Shown here piece by piece: positions 59,239 to 64,000 of a DNA stretch of 64,000 bases. The position numbers and the translations under genes were made by a program. The notes under the pieces were generated by a model. The model saw nothing but the letters and a program-made list of their open reading frames with translations, did no database searches and had not been told where the DNA came from. The stretch covers positions 5,696,001 to 5,760,000 of the forward strand of contig CM000152.2 in the NCBI GenBank assembly GCA_000004695.1. The letters run 5' to 3'. The DNA is from Dictyostelium discoideum. Taxonomy: Eukaryota. Position 1 is the stretch's first letter; each line of letters begins with the position of its first letter.

Positions 59239-59701
59239 ACCAATTTATTTGGAAAAAAAAAAAAAAAAAAAAAGACAAATAAATAATAAATAATAAATGA
59301 AAAAGAATCTAAAAAAAAAAAAAAGTTCAAAAAAAAAAAAAAAAAAAAAAAATTATTCCTTTTGTGCTTAAGATAGTAAAAATAATTTTAAAATATTGCA
59401 GTTACTTTGGTTTTTTTTTAATGTTTTTTGTTTTTTTTTTTAAAAAAAAAAAAATTCAAATTTTTTTTTTTTTTTAATTTTTTTTTTTTTTTTTTTTTTT
59501 AATATTTCATTTAATTTAACGACATAAGGTTCGATTTTTAGTTTGGATTGATCTGTTTTTTTTTTTTTTAAATTCATTTTCCAAATTTTTTTTTTTTTTT
59601 GTTTTCTCTAATATATAAGAAATAGATAAAAAAAAAAATAAAAAAACAAAAAAAAAAATAAAAACAAATAATATATTTAATTTATTATATAAATAGTAAA
59701 A

Positions 59702-62268
59702 ATGAATACTACTATTACAAATAATACAATGAATATTGTACCAATTAGTCAACAACAACAGCAACAACAGCAACAACAACAGCAACAACAGCAACAACAA
59801 CAACAACAGCAACAACAACAGCAACAACAGCAACAACAACAACAACAGCAACAACAACAGCAACAACAGCAACAACAACAACAACAGCAACAACAACAAC
59901 AACAAATGGAAGTTGGTGATACACCAGGAACTTATTTATGTTCAAAATGTGGTCAAATTAAAAAAGGTCATTTATGTCCAGAAAAGAGAGGTGGTGGTGT
60001 TACTATTAGTGGTGTTGCTGGTAGTAGTATTGGTATTGGTGGTATTAGTAATGTTGGAGGGGTTATTGGTGGTAGTGGAGCTAGTAGTAGTGGTGTAGTT
60101 GGTATTGATCAACAAGTTATGCCAATGTTTGGTATGCAAGGTGCAATGGCAACTAGAAGAGCCAATATTCAGTTACAACAAATCTTTCAACAACAACAAC
60201 AACAACAAAAACTTCAAAATGATATTCAACTTCAAAGCTTTAATGAATATCAACAACTTCTAATTGAACAACATGCTGCCACCTCTTACTTTAGCTATAC
60301 ACTAACACCTGAACAAAAAAAAGCACGTGAAAAGAATGCTTCCGATTTTAATTCAATCTTATTATTAGAAAGACAAGAAAGATATCCACATTATGTACGT
60401 ATATATATTTTTTATAAAATTAAATATAGATAAATAAATAAATTTAATAATTAATAATTAATTTTAAAAAAATAATTTAGTTTGATCCACATACAAAAAC
60501 ACTTCAAGTTATTAGTAGTTGGGGTATTAAAGTTTCAGATAAATGGAATGATGTACCAGAATTTGAAAAGAAATTAATAAATTATCAAAATCAACAAATG
60601 ATTAATAATAGATACGTTTATTTACAACAACAACGTGATATTCATGAGATTCAAAAAGAGATGTTAATGAATCATCAGAAGCAAGAGAAACAAATCGCAA
60701 GATATCAAGAATTGGAGAGAGATAGAAAAAAGAAGATCGAAGAAGAGATCGAAGCTATTGTACGTCCAAGATCTAATGTGTCTGCTTATTTTCACTATAT
60801 GAATATTAATCGTGAAGATGAGAAAAGAATGAACCCTGATGTACCACTCTCAGATATCTCAAAGATTTTAGGCGCAAAATGGAAACAATTGACACCAGAT
60901 GACCAAAAAGAGTACTATGAAAAAGCTAGAGAAGATAAAATTCGTTATGAAAATGAGATGGTATTGTACAATCAAAAATGTAAAGAAGTTGAAAATAGTT
61001 TCCCACAAATTAACTTTCAATTATTAATTAATTCACCACCACCACAACCAACTCAACAACAATTACAACAATTACAACAACAAAGACAAATTCAACAACA
61101 ATTACAACAACAACAACAACAACAACAATTACAACAACAACAACAATTACAACAACAATTATTACAACAACAACAACAACAACAATTACAACAACAATTA
61201 TATCAACAACAATTACTACAACAACAATTACAATTGCAACAACAACAACAACAACAACAACAACAGAAACCAATGCAACAACCATTACAACAACCATTAC
61301 AACAACAACCAATGCAACAACAACAACCAATGCAGCAACAACAATTGCAAAATCAACAACAGCAACAACCATTACAAAATCAACAACAACAACAACAACA
61401 ACAACAACAACCATTACAAAATCAACAAATTATTAATAATATTACAAGTTCAAGTACATCAACTAGTGGTCAACAATTTACATGTGATCATTGTAGTCAA
61501 TTAGATTTGAATAGTAATTTAATAACTTGTTCATCATGTAGTAAAAAGTATCATGCTAAATGTTTAAATTTACATCAAAAGTGTATTGATAAGTATAGAG
61601 AAGATCCAACTCAATGGAAGTGTACAGATTGTAAAAGTTGTGAACTATGTGATGACTCTGGTCATGATGAGAAAATGTTATTTTGTGATGTTTGTGATAA
61701 AGGTTATCATACTTTTTGTTTAACACCACCATTATCTCAAACTCCTGAAGGTGGTTGGAGATGTAACGATTGTGCTTTCTGTATTCATTGTTATTCAAGA
61801 GTTGATAAAAATAGTCTCAATAAAATTAAATGGAAAGAAAATTATACATGTTGTGATTCTTGTTTTTCAAAAGGTTTTAGTGAAAAATCAGTAAGTATAT
61901 TAAAAAAAAAAAAAAAAAAAATTAAATTAACTTTTTATTAATACTTTTTTTTTTTTTTTTTTTTACTAATATTATTTCTATAGAAATATTGCCCAATTTG
62001 TAGTCATTCAATAAAAGATGAAGGAGAAGAAGAAGATTCTATAACTACTTGCCAATATTGTCATAAATCAGTTCACGATCATTGCGATCAAAATATTATA
62101 GATAACCTTGAAAATGAGCATTTCATTTATAAATGTCCAAATTGTATTAGTGACAAGCAAATAAAACCAAGAGGAATAATTGGTGTTGTTGAAGAAAAGA
62201 CTCCAAAGAAATCATTAGGTAAAAGAAAAAAGAAAGATGATGAAGATGATGTTAATATTGAAGATTAA
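59702..62268 (+). CDS. HMG-box + tandem PHD-finger chromatin protein with poly-Gln tracts, join(59702..60394,60481..61890,61984..62268), ~795 aa
   Basis: Exon 1 has poly-Gln and a C2HC-like zinc knuckle (GTYLCSKCGQIKKGHLCPEKRG) and ends CATTAT|GTACGT. Exon 2 after AATAATTTAG has the HMG box (RPRSNVSAYFHYMNINREDEKRMNPDVPLSDISKILGAKWKQLTPDDQKEYYEKAREDKIRYENEM) and a double PHD (CDHCS...CSKKYHAKC...CKSCELCDDSGHDEKMLFCDVCDKGYHTFCL...WRCNDCAFCIHC), ending TCA|GTAAGT. Exon 3 after TTTCTATAG has a third PHD-like finger (CPICS...CQYCHKSVHDHC...CPNC). Confidence 0.75.
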
Positions 62269-62367
62269 AAAAAAAATAAAAAATAAAAATAAAAAAATAA
62301 AAAAAATAATAATAATAATAAATACAATCAACTCAAAATAATAATAATAATCATAAATAAAAAATAA

Positions 62368-62418
<51 letters not shown>

Positions 62419-62658
62419 AAAACAAACTTAAGTTTACTATTTATTTAATACTGTAAAATTACTATTTTGTTTTTATTTATTTTTATTTTTTTATTTTTTT
62501 TTTTTTTTATTTATTATTACTATTATTACTATTACTATTATCAAATCTTTTTTAATTATTTTTTTTTTTTTTGTTTTTTTATTTTTTTTAAAAATTCTGT
62601 ATATCTTTAGATTATTGTTTTGTTTTTTTTTTTTTTTTTGATTTTAATTTTTTTGAAT

Positions 62659-63305
62659 TTATCTATTATTTGGTTGTTGTTGTTGGAATGGTTTAATCTT
62701 TCTAGCATTACTAACACCTTCACCAGTTACCCAAGGATGAATTAAGCATTGTTCGAAAGTGAATCTTTTTTCAGGATTCTTTTCAATGAGATGTGAAACC
62801 AAATCTTTTGCTTCATTTGAAACTTCTAAACCTTCAGGCCAACCATAATCTACATTTCTAATTTTCTCATAAAGTACAGCATTATTCTTATCCCAAAATG
62901 GGAAACAACCAGTCAATAAAACATAGGTGATAACACCAACACTCCATAAATCACATGCTTTATCGTATGGTTTACATTCTAAAACTTCTGGTGCTACATA
63001 TTCTGGTGAACCACAACATGTTTCTAAATAATCACCATCTCCAAATATTTTACTTAATCCAAAATCTGCTACCCTAATATCATCACCTTCTTCACCTGCA
63101 CATAATAAATTTTGTGGTTTCAAATCTCTATGAGCAATTCCATTAGCATGTAAATGACCAACTGCTGATACGATTTGTCTAACAATTTTACTTGCATCTT
63201 GTTCTGAATATTCACCTCTTTGTACAATTTTATCAAATAATTCACCACCTGTAACCCTAAAAATTAAAATTTAATTACATATAATTAATAAATTATTATT
63301 AATTG

Positions 63306-63360
<55 letters not shown>

Positions 63361-63806
63361 GTAGTAGCAAAATTTGAAATAGCCACTTACAATTCCAATA
63401 CTAAATGAAGATGTTTAGTAGTTTCATAAACTTCATATAATTTTAAAATATTTGGATGATCTCCAACCTTTTTCATAATTTCAATCTCTCTCATGAGTAA
63501 TTTATTTTTAATGAATCTTGTATTAATTGATTTAATTGCAACTTTTGTACCTGTAGCTCTACTAGTTGCTTCTCTAACAATTGAAAATGCACCTCTAATT
63601 TTTTTATAATTAGTAATGTATAATTTTATATTATTAAAATTAAAATTAATTTTTATATTTTTTATTTACCTTCCAATTTCATTTCCTAAAATATAATTTA
63701 ATCTCAACGGAGAATTGCTACTCTCTACTTCAATTTCATCACCACTTTGTAATTCATCGTCTGAAATGTTATCAATCTCCTCATCTGAACTATCCATTCT
63801 ATCCAT
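62659..63806 (-). CDS. Ser/Thr protein kinase, CaMK family (CaMKI-like), complement(join(62659..63256,63391..63594,63670..63806)), ~312 aa
   Basis: Exon 1 MDRMDSSDEE...LGNEIGR|GTAAAT. Exon 2 GAFSIVREATSRATGTKVAIKSI...LYEVYETTKHLHLVLEL|GTAAGT. Exon 3 VTGGELFDKIVQRGEYSEQDASKIVRQIVSAVGHLHANGIAHRDLKPQNLL...DFGLSK...GSPEYVAPE...DLWSVGVITYVLL. A (CAA/GTT)n microsatellite lies in intron 2. Confidence 0.8.
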
Positions 63807-63889
63807 TTATTATTGTTTTTTGTTTTTTGTTTTTTGGTTTTTTTTAATTTTTGTAAAAAAAAAAAAAAATGTGTGTGTAGGTAGATATG

Positions 63890-64000
63890 CGTGTATATAA
63901 ATAATAATAATAATATAAGTGTGTGTCTGTCTGTCTGTGTGTATATGTGCGTGTGCGTGTACGTGTGTGTAATTGTTGTTTGTTTTTATGTGATGGTTTT
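63890..64000. promoter_or_regulatory. GT/CA-rich block (GTGTGT, (GTCT)n, GCGTGTG) ~90-200 bp upstream of the CaMK-like kinase start codon; candidate C,A-rich promoter element
   Basis: gtgtgtgtaggtagatatgcgtgtat...gtgtgtgtctgtctgtctgtgtgtatatgtgcgtgtgcgtgtacgtgtgtgt; composition atypical for Dictyostelium intergenic DNA. Confidence 0.3.

Overview
This window looks like Dictyostelium discoideum nuclear DNA: roughly 75-80% A+T, with short GT..AG introns (GTAAGT/GTATGT donors) and poly-Asn/poly-Gln coding repeats. I can support about 22 protein-coding genes, most with 1-3 short introns; exon/intron boundaries were placed by eye and may be off by 1-2 nt.

Protein-coding genes:
- 3' end of a METTL13-like SAM methyltransferase.
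- 3-exon RhoGAP.
- Site-1 protease (S1P/MBTPS1-type subtilase).
- Pair of divergently transcribed paralogous micro-genes (~56 aa).
- Secreted EGF-like/Thr-rich mucin-like protein.
- Bromodomain protein.
- Polytopic membrane protein.
- N-myristoylation-motif protein.
- Large membrane-anchored hybrid histidine kinase with two receiver domains, whose phosphoacceptor His appears replaced by Asn.
- Small 3-exon secreted protein.
- Protein kinase plus an inverted, truncated paralog fragment.
- Proteasome alpha-1 subunit.
- Selenophosphate synthetase (selD) with an in-frame UGA at codon 25 (expected Sec) and a candidate form-2 SECIS in the 3'UTR.
- Cytochrome P450.
- ~1375-aa low-complexity protein with a pure (CAA)~54 tract.
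- GPI-anchored ponticulin-like protein.
- AT-hook protein.
- HMG-box plus tandem-PHD protein.
- CaMK-family kinase.

RNA genes and mobile elements:
- Two tandem tRNA-Gly(UCC) genes on the minus strand.
- One tRNA-Ser(UGA) on the plus strand.
- At the proximal tRNA-Gly copy, a stack of three 5'-truncated non-LTR retroelement (TRE5-like) ORF2 tails, all inserted at the same nucleotide ~46 bp upstream of the tRNA, each flanked by the same target-site duplication.
- At the other tRNA-Gly copy, a fourth ~190-bp retroelement tail inserted ~57 bp upstream, with its own duplication.
- Downstream of tRNA-Ser, a non-AT-rich, repeat-containing block that may be another tRNA-targeted retroelement remnant.

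No CRISPR arrays, no rRNA.
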